DNA from: Callorhinchus milii
Taxonomy: Eukaryota
Assembly: GCF_018977255.1 (NCBI RefSeq)
Contig: NW_024705314.1
Span: 1 to 54,834, forward strand
DNA length: 54,834 bases
Direction of reading: 5' to 3'
The position numbers were made by a program, and so were the translations under genes. Position 1 is the stretch's first letter, and the number at the start of each line of letters is the position of its first letter. Shown here piece by piece: positions 24,787-36,983 of this stretch. Under the pieces are notes generated by a model. It worked only from the letters and a program-made list of their open reading frames with translations, was not told the origin of the DNA and did not search any database.

Positions 24787-25396
24787 ACAGTGCATACATT
24801 ATCAGAGTTATGTTTTTTGTTTGCATTATGACTGCAGGTATTGTGGTCTATGCAAACATGACTCCTCGTAAAAAAAGGTGTCAGTTTTGTTGCCAGATAA
24901 AACGGCAAAAAAACAATTATCATATTTTTACTGGCAAATGAGGTACCAATGAAGTTCAACAAACATACAATCAATGTTTTTTTTGTGAGATGCGAATTTT
25001 AGTTGGACAAAAACGTTCACGTTTAGTAGGTCCTTTAATAAATAAATAAATATGTATACACCTCGAGTCACTTGGCCTGCTTCCTGCTACTCGATCAAAC
25101 TTATACTCGTCACCTTTGTTGACCCGTCAAAAATAAAACCATCACAGGATAACGGCGTTCACTCACACACAGAAAACAAAGAAACCCACATACTGGCGTG
25201 GTTTGCAACAATTTATTATTATTGCGACGGTCCTATTCTGCCGGTTCCAAGTCTCAGTTTATTTATGTTGGTTGCGCGAGTCTGCGCGTGTCTCTGCTGG
25301 TGTTTTGAGATACCTTTTTAATTGTGGCTCCAGGGCTCCTTGAACTTTGTTGTTGTTGTTGCGTGCGATTCAATGTGCCGCTACAGCTGCGGCTAC

Positions 25397-25728
25397 TTTT
25401 TTTTTCAACCAGGTAAGGCCCACCGGGCATATGTAGCTCTTTTACAGACGCGACCTGGCAATCACAAATGATAGCTCAACGAAGTGGCTCATCATCACGT
25501 GCAGCAGCAGCAGCAGCAGCCAAACACTCCAATCGCACGACGTTGATTCTAAATGTGGAAGAAAAAAACCGGAGAACCCGGAGAAAAATCCACGCGACCA
25601 CGGGGAGAGAAAGAGAGAGAGACACGCAAACTCTCAATATACAACAGGCGTCGTCAGGGTCGGGATCGAACCCCCAGAACATCCCGCATACCCAGCGAGG
25701 TAGTTAACATCTCCTCGCCACCGTGGCG
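25397..25728 (-). mobile_element. V-SINE
   Basis: Reverse complement of the 22733 family, from the head (ccgtggcg) to the tail (ccaggtaaggccc). Confidence 0.85.
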
Positions 25729-25934
25729 GCGACGGCGATGCGTGTGTCGGGGGTCGTTCGGGGAGGAAAAGGTCGCTGGGGGGGGGGGTGGAGCGGTGTG
25801 TGGCTGCTCGGGGCGATCACAGACGCGAGAGGAGGATGTGGCCGCAGCCTTTAGAGGGGAACGGGGTGAAAACACAGCTGCACGATTTCTTTTTTTTTAA
25901 AGCCACAACCTCTACAGCGGCGAGTTGCGGGATA

Positions 25935-26216
25935 GGGCAGGCGGGCAGGCGGGCGGGCAGGCGGGCAGGCGGGCAGACAGGCAGGCGGCGGGTAGGCAGG
26001 CGGGTAGGCAGGCAGGCAGGCAAGCGGGCGGGCAGGCGGGCAGGCAGGCGGGCAGGCAGGCGGGCGGGCAGGCAGGCGGGCAGGCGGGCAGGCGGGCAGG
26101 CAGGCGGCGGGTAGGCAGGCAGGCGGGCAGGCAGGCGGGCAGGCAGGCGGGCTGGTAGGCAGGCGGGTAGGCAGGCGGGCAGGCAGGCGGGCGGGCGGGC
26201 AGGCGGGGGGGCGGGC
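25935..26216. repeat. (GGCA/GGCG/GGTA)n G-rich tetranucleotide repeat
   Basis: Direct observation. Confidence 0.95.
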
Positions 26217-26631
26217 ACACGTGTTCAGCGAGCGAGGGATCCGCAGACACCGGGGGGCTGAAGCCAAACGCGACACGCCACGAGCACGACGTAGGCCGTG
26301 GGGTAATTATTCATGAAGTTGGGGGGCTGAAATTAAATAATAAAATATTCGGGCGTTTGATGTATCTTCTTTACATGCATACATTGATTTCATTTCAGTA
26401 AATGGATCGAAGTTTAATCAATACATAAAACTGCAATTGGAGGGAGTGTCCAAGAATTAGAGAGGGTGCCACGTGGTAGACTGACAACTACTGCTGGATC
26501 AGTCTCACCGCGTGCCCTGTGAGACCACTCCTGTTTGCTTGGACATTGTATAAATGGGTGACATTAATTAATGATGCTTCTGTAAACCACGTGCTTATCA
26601 CGCTCTTTAGAGACACAGTCACAAGACAATG

Positions 26632-26880
26632 GGGAGTAGTGGCACAGTGGTGAGCGCAGTGCCGCTATAAATGAACCCGGCGGACTGAGTTGGACTCTCA
26701 GTGACAGCCAAACACCCGTGGCGAGCGACATCTCATTCAGACCGAGGTCTACCCCCCCACCTCACCCCCTCCCTAACCAGCCTACGCCGACCAGCATGGT
26801 GACGTATGGCCAACAAACCCCCCGTGACCGGACACGGCGTGGAAAGAGGCCATTCGACCGCTCGTGGCTTAACAGAGGCT
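26632..26880 (+). mobile_element. Degenerate tRNA-derived SINE with RTE-like tail (similar relics at about 33650-33850 and 34435-34660)
   Basis: Head ggagtagtggcacagtggtgagcgc with A-box-like sequence. The downstream ccagcatggtgacgtatggcc motif is shared with ~28100 and ~33795. Confidence 0.45.
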
Positions 26881-27341
26881 CAAAAACAAAGCAACGAATT
26901 TCGTGCATCAGCCACCCAAACAAAAGCGTCAGGGCGTCACGTGCAGCGTTTTGCGTAGCGGCGGAAAGACGCAACTATCCCTATTGCGAACATTGAGCTC
27001 ACTGTGACCTCGTGTTCACGACGTTGGTCTACGTTGACCGTGCCCGACGGAAGAGCAATGGAACGTGGCATCAGTGTCCTCGTCCGTGGTTGTGTTCGTG
27101 CATCGTAACAAAGGCGGCTCCCCCTGGCACACACCCCCCCCATTCCCAGAAAAAAAAATGTGCATCGTTCACGCAAGAGGTTCGTGGTGCCAGCTGCACT
27201 GTGAATCCAGCCCACCTGAGTCCGATTCGCCCAAGAACAGTGAGCCATACTCTTAGGTTTTTTCGGTTTAGTCACGTACGTAAAAAATAATAATAAAAAT
27301 AATAAAAAAATAATAATAAATGAAACATAGCCAAATTAAAT

Positions 27342-27382
27342 CACGACGTTTCGGAGGCAACACAAATCTCCGTCTTCAGGTG
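27342..27382 (-). ncRNA. Minimal type I hammerhead ribozyme
   Basis: Minus strand: cac-CTGAAGA-cggagat-ttgtgtt-gcctcc-GAAA-CGTC-gtg. Confidence 0.8.
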
Positions 27383-27522
27383 GGACCGTCACAGCCAAAT
27401 TTACGATATCAAGTGAAGAGAAATCCAAGAGACAAGATCTTATATACTGTTCAGGGGAGGGGGAGGAGCTTATCTAAATGTGGCAGTCAGGGACTGGGTG
27501 GTGGGCGGAGCTACAAGGGGAA

Positions 27523-27612
27523 GGTGGACGGGGCTAGAAGGAAGGTGGGCCGGGCTAGAGGGGAAAGTGGGCGGGGCTAGAGGGGGAGGTGGGTGGGGCT
27601 AGAAGGGGAAGG
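27523..27612. repeat. ~22-nt G-rich minisatellite (ggtgggcggggctagaggggRa), about 4 copies
   Basis: gggctaga recurs four times at ~22-nt spacing. Confidence 0.85.
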
Positions 27613-27718
27613 TACAGCTGTTAAGCACCTCCGCAAGATATTCTTAGGTTTTTTTCGGTAAAGTCACGTAGGTAAAAAATAAAAATTAATAGAAGTAAAA
27701 TAAAGATAAAATAAAAAG

Positions 27719-27759
27719 CACGACGTTTCGGAGGCAACACAAGCTTCCGTCTTCAGGTG
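27719..27759 (-). ncRNA. Minimal type I hammerhead ribozyme
   Basis: Minus strand: cac-CTGAAGA-cggaagc-ttgtgtt-gcctcc-GAAA-CGTC-gtg. Confidence 0.8.
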
Positions 27760-28643
27760 GAACCGTCACAGCACGATAGCTGTATCAAGTAAGAGAAATT
27801 CCAAGAAAACAGTCCTTGTATATATACTGATTGAGGGTGGGAGGAGCCAAGGTAGGCTCTAGATAGTATTTTGTGAGGTTCGGTGCGGCTGAAGCACGCT
27901 GTTAGGAATGAGCCTTTGTTGTGTAAACTAGGTCCGGATGATGTAAAGGTGCGTATTAATGGGACTGAGCCTTTTGTTATGTAGAGGTGATGCGGCTGAA
28001 ATCGCTGCCAGAATTGCGGCCGGTGTTGGCTTCCAAAACCAAAAAATGCAGCCTCCGCCTACCTGCCAGCCACATGAATTCACCCAACTCCCCTTCACTT
28101 GACCAACGTGGTGAAGTATGGCCAGGCGGGTGGGGATCAGGGCTTCATCCAGCAGGGAATCGAAACAAAGGGCTGTAATTTATATATTTTTTTCATTCTT
28201 GTTATTCATGAACACCACTCACTTTGCGACCACATGTATTATCTATACGTGTGTTTTAAACGTACTCTTGTTACGTGCTGTTTATATCACAGTGCGTGTA
28301 CGTGGATGCAATAGAGTACTCACGTATGGGCTAATTGTACGTAGAGGTTATCGCTAAAGCGCTTGCCCCAGTAGTCTGTTAAAGGCTACACGGGGGATCT
28401 TTGTCTTTGGAGAAGAGGGCACGTGTCAGTTGCATGAGTAAGTGTACGTGTCTGCGTTCATGTGCGCATGGCACATGCCGCATGAGTCGTAATACCGTGA
28501 ACTTGAAAAACATCAGTTTGTCTCAAAGATCGGGCGGAAAATCCACACCGCCCAGCAAAGATTGGCACAAGCCCACAGTGACATTGTCATCATTCAATCG
28601 CAAAAGGGTGAACGTTGCCATCACGTGTGTGTGTGTGTATGGT

Positions 28644-28905
28644 GAGCGGTAGTGTCGTGGTTAGCGCACTGCGCTATGAACCCGGCGACCCGAGTTCGAT
28701 TCCCGCTCACGACCAACACCAGTGATGATAATCTGAAACGTTCCTGGGCTTCCCCTAGGTCGACTCAGCCTGAAATGAGTACCTGGTGCGGTGTGTAAAC
28801 ACCGCCGCTGGAGAGACAAAGGCGGTCGGGCGTGGTGCTGGCCACCCACCCCCTCATGTACCGTTCCGGCCTTCATAGGTGCCATTCACTAAGTGCACTT
28901 GCCCC
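28644..28905 (+). mobile_element. tRNA-derived SINE family 2 (Meta-domain-like core)
   Basis: A box (tagtgtcgtggttagc), B box (gagttcgattccc), core ggtcgactcagcc..aaatgagtacctgg...aaaggcggtcgggcgtggtgctggccac. Five or more copies are present. The superfamily label is from recall. Confidence 0.8.
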
Positions 28906-29265
28906 AAAGAACTTTGTTTTTGGTGATGTACGTTATCACCGAGAGGAGCGGTGGCACGGTGCTTAGCGTACTACACTGCGAACCCAATCAAAGTGCCCCG
29001 AGTTTGACTCCCAGCCTCAGCAAACACCAGTGGCAGCTCTCCGCACTGCTTCTGGCCTCGTCCAGGCTGGCTTCAGCCTTGAAACAAACATTGAGCACTT
29101 GCTGTGGCGTGCAATCTTCAGCACTGGGGAGACAAAGGTGGCCGGGATAACCACAGGATAATCGGATCAGTGAGGTTCATCCCCCCTCCCTCCCTCCATC
29201 CCTCCTCCTCCCGCACCTCCAATCGTCGGTGTGGATAGGAGCAGCTCTCTAGCGCCGTGCGCTTA

Positions 29266-29614
29266 GGGTGCCATCCATTGAGTACGTACGTATGGAGGGG
29301 AGGGGGGAGTTAACCCAAACGCGTACGCTTGCGTATTGGGGGGGGGTCTACTGACAATGTACGCATAGGAAACGGGGGGAGGGGGTGAAGCCTCGACAAT
29401 AATTTGTCTACATTGGCCTTCAAATAAATTAGATAGTCCGGCGGACGACTCTCTGTTTGCTTAAGCACGTTAATATTATTAATCCTTGATCGTTTCTGCG
29501 TGGATTAAATATCGGTCGTTCTATAGGATTTGGGGGGATGTAAAAAGTCCGCGTGCGTACAGGGAGGGGTCAAGTTTTGGCAGATTTTTGCGTCCCTACT
29601 AAGCGGACGGCCCC
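29266..29614. mobile_element. PIF/Harbinger (Tourist-like) MITE
   Basis: Imperfect TIRs gggtgccatccattgagtacgtacg / cgtccctactaagcggacggcccc, with flanks TTA and TGA (consistent with a TWA TSD and one mismatch). Confidence 0.6.
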
Positions 29615-29884
29615 TGACACAGAGCACCGCGACTTCGCAGTCGAGTGGAGCGCCACGTGTCAGGAGTCACGGACCGTGCGCGGCCGTCGTGTGTGATCGT
29701 GATGAATGTGCGATTCGAAACTGAAAGTCTCGGCAACTTCTGCTTTTTTTTTGTTTGCCCACCCCCCGACTCCCCGCCCCGTCTCGCGAGATAATTTCTT
29801 TCGATTCGTTCATTTTTCGGAAACCGACGCCGCGGGAAATTGCTCATGAAATGAAAATTAGACACAGACGCAGACACACATCCC

Positions 29885-30150
29885 CCCACTCCTCATAGCC
29901 TGAACAAACTGTTGGGCAAGTGCTGTTAGCGAGCACCTAATAAAGGCCGGCACGGCGCACTAAGGGGTGGGTGGCCAGCACCACGCCCGGCCGCCTTTGT
30001 CTCCCTCGTGGCGATGTTTAAACACCGCACCAGGTACTCATTTGAGGCTGCGTCGACCTAGGGGAAGCCCAGGAACGGTTCACCGGTGTTGACCGTGAGC
30101 GGGAATTGAACTCGGTGCGCCGGGGTCGTAGTTTGTCACTCATCAACCAC
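29885..30150 (-). mobile_element. SINE family 2
   Basis: Reverse complement of the 28644 family (caggtactcatttgaggctgcgtcgacctagggg). Confidence 0.8.
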
Positions 30151-30399
30151 ACACATTGTGACGACAAGCGGTGGATGACCAACTGCTATATATATACAGC
30201 ATTAGCAACGAACGGGTCACACTGCGACTATCTGTAATCTGACCATTAAGAACTGGGCAGCATGCGCACGAAGGACGACCCCTCCGCTTGCAAAGTGCGG
30301 CTCACTCCGCTGCAGAGAAGCGCGCGCACGCTTCCAATGCGTGGTGGCACTTCGAACACACGCGGGTCACGAAGACGAAATATTTCCTCCTCCCCCCCT

Positions 30400-30607
30400 T
30401 CCCCGTGTAAGCCTTGAGCTGACTGTTGGGGGGTCGGCGGGGGGGGGGGCAAGCGCTGTGAGTGTTATGGACGTCTGGCGGGTCAGTAACAGGCACTAAT
30501 TTGAGGCCGAGTCGACCCAAGGGAGGCCCAGTACGGTCGCAGATAATCGCCACCCCTGTTGGCCCGCGAGCAGGAATCGAACTCGGATGACCGGGTTCGT
30601 AGCGCAC
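30400..30607 (-). mobile_element. SINE family 2, internally deleted
   Basis: tttgaggccgagtcgaccc...ggaatcgaactcgg...gttcgtagcgca. Confidence 0.7.
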
Positions 30608-30635
30608 ACACAATGCAGCATGCTCAATTGTGTGT

Positions 30636-30936
30636 GCGCCACGGTGGCGAGATGTTAACTACCTCGCCTGGTATACAGGAGGTCGTGGGTTTGATCCCGA
30701 CCCCGAAATCTGTATATTTGGAGTTTGCGTGTTCTCTCCCGTGGTCGCGTGGATTTTTCTCCGGGTCTTCCGGTTTTTACTTCCACATTTAGAAACAACA
30801 CGCGTTTAGAGTATTTGGCTGCTATACATTTCCACGTGATAAGCAACTTCGTTGAGCTATCATTCGTGAAAGCCTGGTCGCTTCTGAAAAAAAAGCTATT
30901 TAGTTCAGTGGGCCTTACCTAGTCAAATAAAAAATA
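30636..30936 (+). mobile_element. V-SINE
   Basis: Full head, V core (ggagtttgcgtgttctctcccgtggtcgcgtggatttttctccggg) and tail. Confidence 0.85.
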
Positions 30937-32079
30937 GGTAAAGTCAATAGTTAAATTAGTAAGGACTCGGTGCAAAGCTAGTTTTGTGAATGGTCCGATA
31001 CACACAATCTGAGCAGTTCCAAAAGCACTTCCGCTGTGTAGAATAATGAAAAACCAACAGACTTGTCGCATTGCGCCCAGAAGAAAAAAAGATATCGCGT
31101 TTAATCAGTGCCTATTCAGCCGCTGTGTGGCATGCATTGGGAAACGTGGCCACCGCCAAAGAATCTGGCACAAATGTTGGGAAGTGCACGAGCATGGTGA
31201 GCTGAGAGGACGTTGGGCAGGGTCAGAGACGTCGTCGTGGATGATATATTCTGGAGCAAGTGGACTGGGGCATGAAGGAACTGTGTACGTGTGTGCGTAG
31301 AACTTCTTTCGCGCCGTACCTAGACACCATGCTTATCGGAGGTGCAAGCTAAACACGCAAAAGAGACGTTTCCAGGAGGGATGATGACCGGCGGTCCGAG
31401 ACTAATGATGTAGTGGGAGGCAAAGGAGAGAACGCGCCCGTGCGAACATTCACTGCGGAGATGGAGCAATAAAATCAGCTTCTTGCACGGGGGGGGGGGG
31501 GCATAGCGACATCTTGAGACGTGGAAACGATTCGGTCGGAGGCCTTCATCCGGCAGTGGATGAATTCTGGCTAATGACGATGACGTAACACGGTGGCTGT
31601 GTGTGTGTCCTCGAGTTTGGATGCGTTCTCATAATTATTTCGACAATGTCATCTCGTTCCGCGGCGTCGTCACCGCACGGCGTTCGCCCCTCGCCCTCGA
31701 AGAGAGAGAGAGGACGACTCAGAGGCGCGAGGAGGACGCCGCGGGAGAGAGCTCGAAGTCTGCAGCCAGGCGGTGGTCCGGCACCAACAACCGCCCCGAG
31801 CTCTGTGGACCCCTCCGTACGTGAAGGCGTTTTCAGCCGATCGATGAGTGGCTTAGGCGTGGGAGGAAACCGGAGCGAGTGGGGTAACGCCGCTATAGGG
31901 CGCGTCTCCGGTTAGCACCGTGAGCACGGTTGGCTAGGTATGGTGCGAAATAAGTTCAACATAAGTACATAAATGTAATTGATATGCATTCATTAACCCC
32001 CCCTCCTCCCCCCGGTCTTCGCACGTGTGGGCTCACAGGTGAGCGACATCACATCCATCCCTCTATTTAAGAGCGAAAC

Positions 32080-32192
32080 AGGATGTTTTCTCCACAAATC
32101 TAGCTGTCGCCTGATGATGCTGGTTGTAATCGCCGGCGAAACGTCGTTCTCGGATGGTCAATGTTGTGGATTTACCCTCCAACACACCGGGC
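32080..32192 (+). mobile_element. Penelope-like family 2 fragment with hammerhead motif (32106-32148)
   Basis: c-CTGATGA-tgctgg-ttgtaatcg-ccggc-GAAA-CGTC, with a weak stem I. The downstream atgttgtggatttaccctccaacacaccgg matches 48269-48298. Confidence 0.65.
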
Positions 32193-34834
32193 GTGCTGTA
32201 CTAGTGACGAGTATTATGGATACACGCATATCGACAGCGCACGTGCAGACGCAGCGGGTGGGAGTCGGCACTCGCTGTGCCACCTTCTCCCGGCCGGGCC
32301 ACGTGGTGTGGCACGCGCGGGCTCCATGCCCACGGCTGGAAGGGAGTTTCGCAACACGCTTGGTACGCTGTGATCCACCAAACCCCACTCCCCCCCCCCG
32401 CGTCTGCTGCTGATTTGCAGGCTGAGCCAAACGCCGCGCCCCAAGATCTGTGCTTGAGAAGCGCACGAGAAAGCCAATCTGGGGGTGGGGGATATCACGA
32501 CCCTTATCTTGAAACCCTTCCCACCAGCGACAACTTATCTGTGGCAGCAGTCGACCTCCTTGGGTCTGTGACTCACGTGGATATGTGTGTGTGTGTGGCA
32601 CGAAAAAATTAAATAGAAAAGGAACCGGTATTGGAGAGGGCCCAGTTAATGAGGGATTTTGTCAGTGGTTAGAGCCTGGTTCTACCGCAAACCCACATCA
32701 ATATCCCCACGCCAGATAGTTTAAGGCCAGTGACTAATGTTGACTAATTTTTCTTAACGGGGGAGGGGGGCAGGGGAGAGTTGAGTTGGGGGGAAACGGT
32801 ATTTCATCATTTAATAAAAATAGCCGCAGCGGTACGAGTCATTTTGTTTTTATAAATCTTTGGAGTTCCGTGAAGAAGAAAAACACACACACACATGTCT
32901 GCGCTGAGTTAGTACGCGGTTTTGAAGGGTTGTAAGATAAGGTCGCTTTCTGTCTGCTGTGAACGGGCACCCGCGTGGAGAAACTTCCATCGAACGGCGC
33001 TCAGCAACATTTTTTCTTTTTACCAGAGAGTACATTTTAACGGTTTTTTCTACAAATATTTCACAACAAAAAATTATCCAAGTGTATTTTGGTTATTGTC
33101 ATGAGAGAGGTAAAAAAAAACCCCAAAAAACGTTCAATACAAATTTGTGTTTTAAGCGAGCGATGGAGACTTCATTTAAAGAGAACCAGGCGAGGTTTTG
33201 GGGATATCTGCGCGTGTGTTCTGGGGCTTTGCAACAACCACAAAAAACTCCCCCCGACCGCGTTTGTGCCGGGCAGCACCGGTGATCTGCATCCCTAAGC
33301 CTCGCTTCACAACAGACGTATTTGGTTTTTTGTTAGTTAGTTGTTTTTGTTTTCTATCAAAATTATTGAAGATGATTAACCGCGCTAGCGGAATCACACC
33401 GCCTCGGGTTGGCGCAGTTTTGCCTTCGGCGGTTTCACGCTGGCGGTGTGTCTTGCTTCCTTCGCTCAACCACTTCGACAGAAGCGGAGAAGACACCGTC
33501 ACAGCGATCCGCACTCCGCTGCTTCTGACCCAGTTGTCTGCGGCTTGAGCACCATGAATGTGAAATTGTAGTTCCTGCTCTGCATCAGCAGCCGTACGAA
33601 AGAAAGAAGACTCGACGGCTAACGCATTGTTTTTTGTAGAGCCAGAGTAGAGCGGTGGCACGGTGGTAAGTGCACCGCCCCCTGAACTCAACCATCTGAG
33701 TATTGATTCCCAGCAAAGGTGAACTGCCAATTGGCGGTGAGTGGCATCTGAACTGCTGCCTGAACCAACACCCATTTGCCAAGCGCGCTACCGATGAGCG
33801 TGGTGAAGTATTGTTCCAACAACCTCCCCGTGACTGGCACGGCGTGGATTAAAAATAAAAAAGTGGATGTATATAAATAGATAAATAAATAGACGTGATA
33901 CCCACCGAGTGGGTTGGTTTTGTTCAAGTTGTAGACCGTGAGCGTCTGCCAACGTGGCTTCGCGTCGATCAGGCGTGGCGCAGTGCAGTCAGTCTCAAGG
34001 AGTAATCTCATCCATAAAGCAAAAGCCCACGCTCTGTCAAGAGGCTCCAAGGCTGACAAGGGGGGGGTGAGTGATGCACGGCCACAAATTAATTAATGAT
34101 CATGCCATTGGCTAAGTACAAAATAATTACAATCTTAGCTTATCCAAGAAAGCCCCGTTGATTCTCAAGACTTTTCGTTGTTGTTAGATGTTTGACCAGT
34201 TCCTGTGTGGATGTGTGTGTGTGTGTGCGCGCGCACGTGGAATGAATACCAAGTTCCCTTGGGAAATCCTCAGAGAGCCTGGGCAGGTTGATTAGAAACC
34301 TACTTGAGGCGCTACCTTCTACATGCACCTATGTAAATAGTTGAACGCTTTCTGTACACATTTATACCTGAAATTCCATGGCATTCAATAGCGAGACCTG
34401 TGTTTTAGAGACATTCAAACAATACTTCCTCGGGGGCGGTGAGGTGTGGTGTAGTTGTTGGTTAGTGTTCTGCGCTATGAACCTCATTTCCTGAATTAAA
34501 TTCCCTGTGGCCACGGCAAACATCATTGGCAAGTGACATCAGAACCAGCTCTGGCACAACATCCCTATTCCAGCCGTAGCTGATCAGCGTGGTGCAGAGC
34601 GGCGGGGGGGGGAAGGCCTTCATCCAGCAGTGGTTCGGCCCAGGCCTATAAATGATAATCGATAACTGTGACGGAAGTCACAGTCCATGAGTTCATCGAT
34701 TAATTTCGATTGTTAAGCTCGCATACGTCCATCAAATGAGGTGTCTCAAGGCATTCAGGTTATCGACTTGTATTCGCAGTGTTTACAGTTGTGATTTAGG
34801 CTTTGACACGGGCAGAAAATATTGGTTAGTCAGT

Positions 34835-34945
34835 TTAACACGTAGGCTTCCACGACCAATATTATCCATGGGGTGAAGGGTTGGTGTTAGATTACGCGAT
34901 CTAACCCCCCCAAAAAAACCTCTATTATATATATAAAAATATGGT
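34835..34945. mobile_element. Penelope-like family 2 terminal fragments
   Basis: aacacgtaggcttccacgaccaat is the reverse complement of the tail at 48431-48457. acgcgatctaaccccccc matches 48397-48411. Confidence 0.5.
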
Positions 34946-35164
34946 CTCGCCAATTACAATTTGACAAGACCTTTCATATCCGCTTCACAGAAAGCAACTC
35001 TCTCGTTTTGCTGTCGATGCATTGTGCAGATCCATCCTGATGGAGATGAAACACTACACCGTTTTATGAAATGAAAAAAAATAGAAGCTCGGAGACAAAG
35101 TTTGTGGACGGATTCATGTTGCAGTTCGGGCGTCAAATGAAGACAATGCACTCTAACAAAATAC

Positions 35165-35461
35165 TATTTTTATTTTATTTTACCAGGTAAGGCCCACTGA
35201 GCTGTCTAGCTCTTTTTTCAGAAGGACCTGGCCGCAAATGATTGCTCAACGAAGTGGCTTATTACGTGGAAATTTTAGCAGCCAAATACTCTAATCGCGT
35301 GTTGATGATAAACGTGGAGGAGAAAAGACTGGAGGTCCCGGAGAAAGATCCACGCGACCACAAGGAGAGAGACACGCTAACTCCAAATATACAACAGGCA
35401 TCAGGGTCTAGATCAAACCCTCGACCTCCTGTATACCGGACGAGGTAGTTCTCACATCTCG
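35165..35461 (-). mobile_element. V-SINE
   Basis: Reverse complement of the 22733 family. Confidence 0.85.
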
Positions 35462-35589
35462 TACAAGGTGCACTCTGCACGTGCACCTTGTACTTTAGTA
35501 ATTTCTCCTTTAACTTTCCACCCCAGGTCACCCCGAGTTTTCCCTTGCAAAAGGAACTCGTCTCAATCGGCTCTCTTACCGTCGTTATT

Positions 35590-35865
35590 ATTATTATCAT
35601 TGTCACCGCCATCAGCGGATATCATCTATCTACTGCTGGACGAAGGGCTTCTCCAAAGCCATCACCGTCATAGTTACACGATGCAAAACATCCATCTGCC
35701 TCGTGCTTGTGTGCATCGCTTCATCTCAACGAGGAATGCGCGTCTCTGGTTCTCGTTGTCCCCCCCCCTCCCCTTAGGGTGGCACCTCATGGTTAGTCTT
35801 GAGCACCAGCCGTTAAATCTTCTAGCAATACGCAGCATGTCCTGCATAACGATGCGATGTCTTTA
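35590..35865 (-). mobile_element. RTE LINE 3' fragment
   Basis: The minus strand gives RYAGH / RIARRFNGWCSRLTMRCHPKG and ends gaagcccttcgtccagcagtagatag with an (atg/ata) tail, typical of RTE ends. Confidence 0.6.
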
Positions 35866-36666
35866 ACCTGCGTCTGTTCTCTGCTCTGTGTCTTCCTCTG
35901 TCTGCCTCTCGGTTCCGTTACGAGCATGCACACGTGGGTTGCAAGGACAAACTCGTGGTTCCACCCGAAAACCGCATCCACTGCACAAACCACAGCTGCA
36001 GATGCGGATACCTGATGCACAAATGGAAAATAAATACAAAATTCCGGTAGAAGTGCGCCTACTTTGGTCATCCAGAACAGACCGTAACGACGTGCCAACG
36101 ACGGAATGCCCCGATCCACACATCCGAAGGAGACATCGCAGAGACGGTGGTTGTCTGGCTTGACCACCATCAATGTGAAATTGTAGCCGGTGCTCTGCCT
36201 CGACAGCAGCAGCCATGGAAATAAAGCAACAAGGAGGTTTCATGAATTCAAAGGCAACGCACTTCCCGGCAAAAGTTCACCATGTCACGATTACACACAA
36301 AACCGAAATCTTCAGTCCTTCCTTTTTTTTTTACACTTACGGACTTTCCCCCCGCATTCTGTCCATGCTACCGCCAACCGCGAGCTAAAAACCCACAATT
36401 TTTGTTTAGTAGGAAGGCGCCTCTCGCTCGGGCACAGGGCGGGGAGAAAGAGAGAGCGGTTTGGGCACAGTCGTGACCTGGGGAGTTTTTATTGTTCCCC
36501 GTTTCCACTTCCCTTTTTGGCTAATGAAGCCAGTCCCTTTGTGGTCATCCCGTGTGGGCAGTCGTTGACCCCCCCCCCCAACCGCCCGCACCCCACCCCC
36601 CCTCTCCCTATGTGACTCATGGCATTTGGACGGACACCCAAACCAAAGACCGCACGGGCCGGGCCG

Positions 36667-36983
36667 GGCAGGCTGGCCGGGTGGGTGGGTGGGCAGGCAG
36701 GCAGGTGTGGGTGGGCAGGCAGGCGGGCAGGTGGAGTGGGCAGGCAGGCAGGCGGGTGGGTGGGCAGGCAGTCAGGCAGGTGTGGGTGGGTAGGCATGGG
36801 GTGGTCAGGCATTCGGGCAGGTGTGGGTGGGCAGGCAGGCGGGTGGGCAGGCAGGCAGGCGGCAGGCGGGTGGGCGGGCAGGCAGTCGGCAGGTGTGGGT
36901 GGGCAAGCATGGGGTGGTCAGGCAGGCAGGCGGGCAGGTGTGGGTGGGCAGGCAGGGAGGCAGGCAGGCCGGGCAGGTAGGCG
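36667..36983. repeat. (GGCA/GGTG/GGCG)n G-rich repeat
   Basis: Direct observation. Confidence 0.95.

Larger units (their letters stand above)
27248..27990 (-). mobile_element. Two tandem Penelope-like family 1 pseudo-LTRs, each with a hammerhead
   Basis: Repeat units start at 27248 and about 27638 (taYtcttaggttttttcgg..agtcacgta). Both continue tcacgacgtttcggaggcaacacaa...cttcaggtgg.accgtcacagc...atcaagt. Confidence 0.8.

Noticed and set aside
25788..26276. Pro/Ala/Arg-rich ORFs here and at 36489-36996
   Set aside because: Translations of the GGCA/GGCG tetranucleotide arrays.
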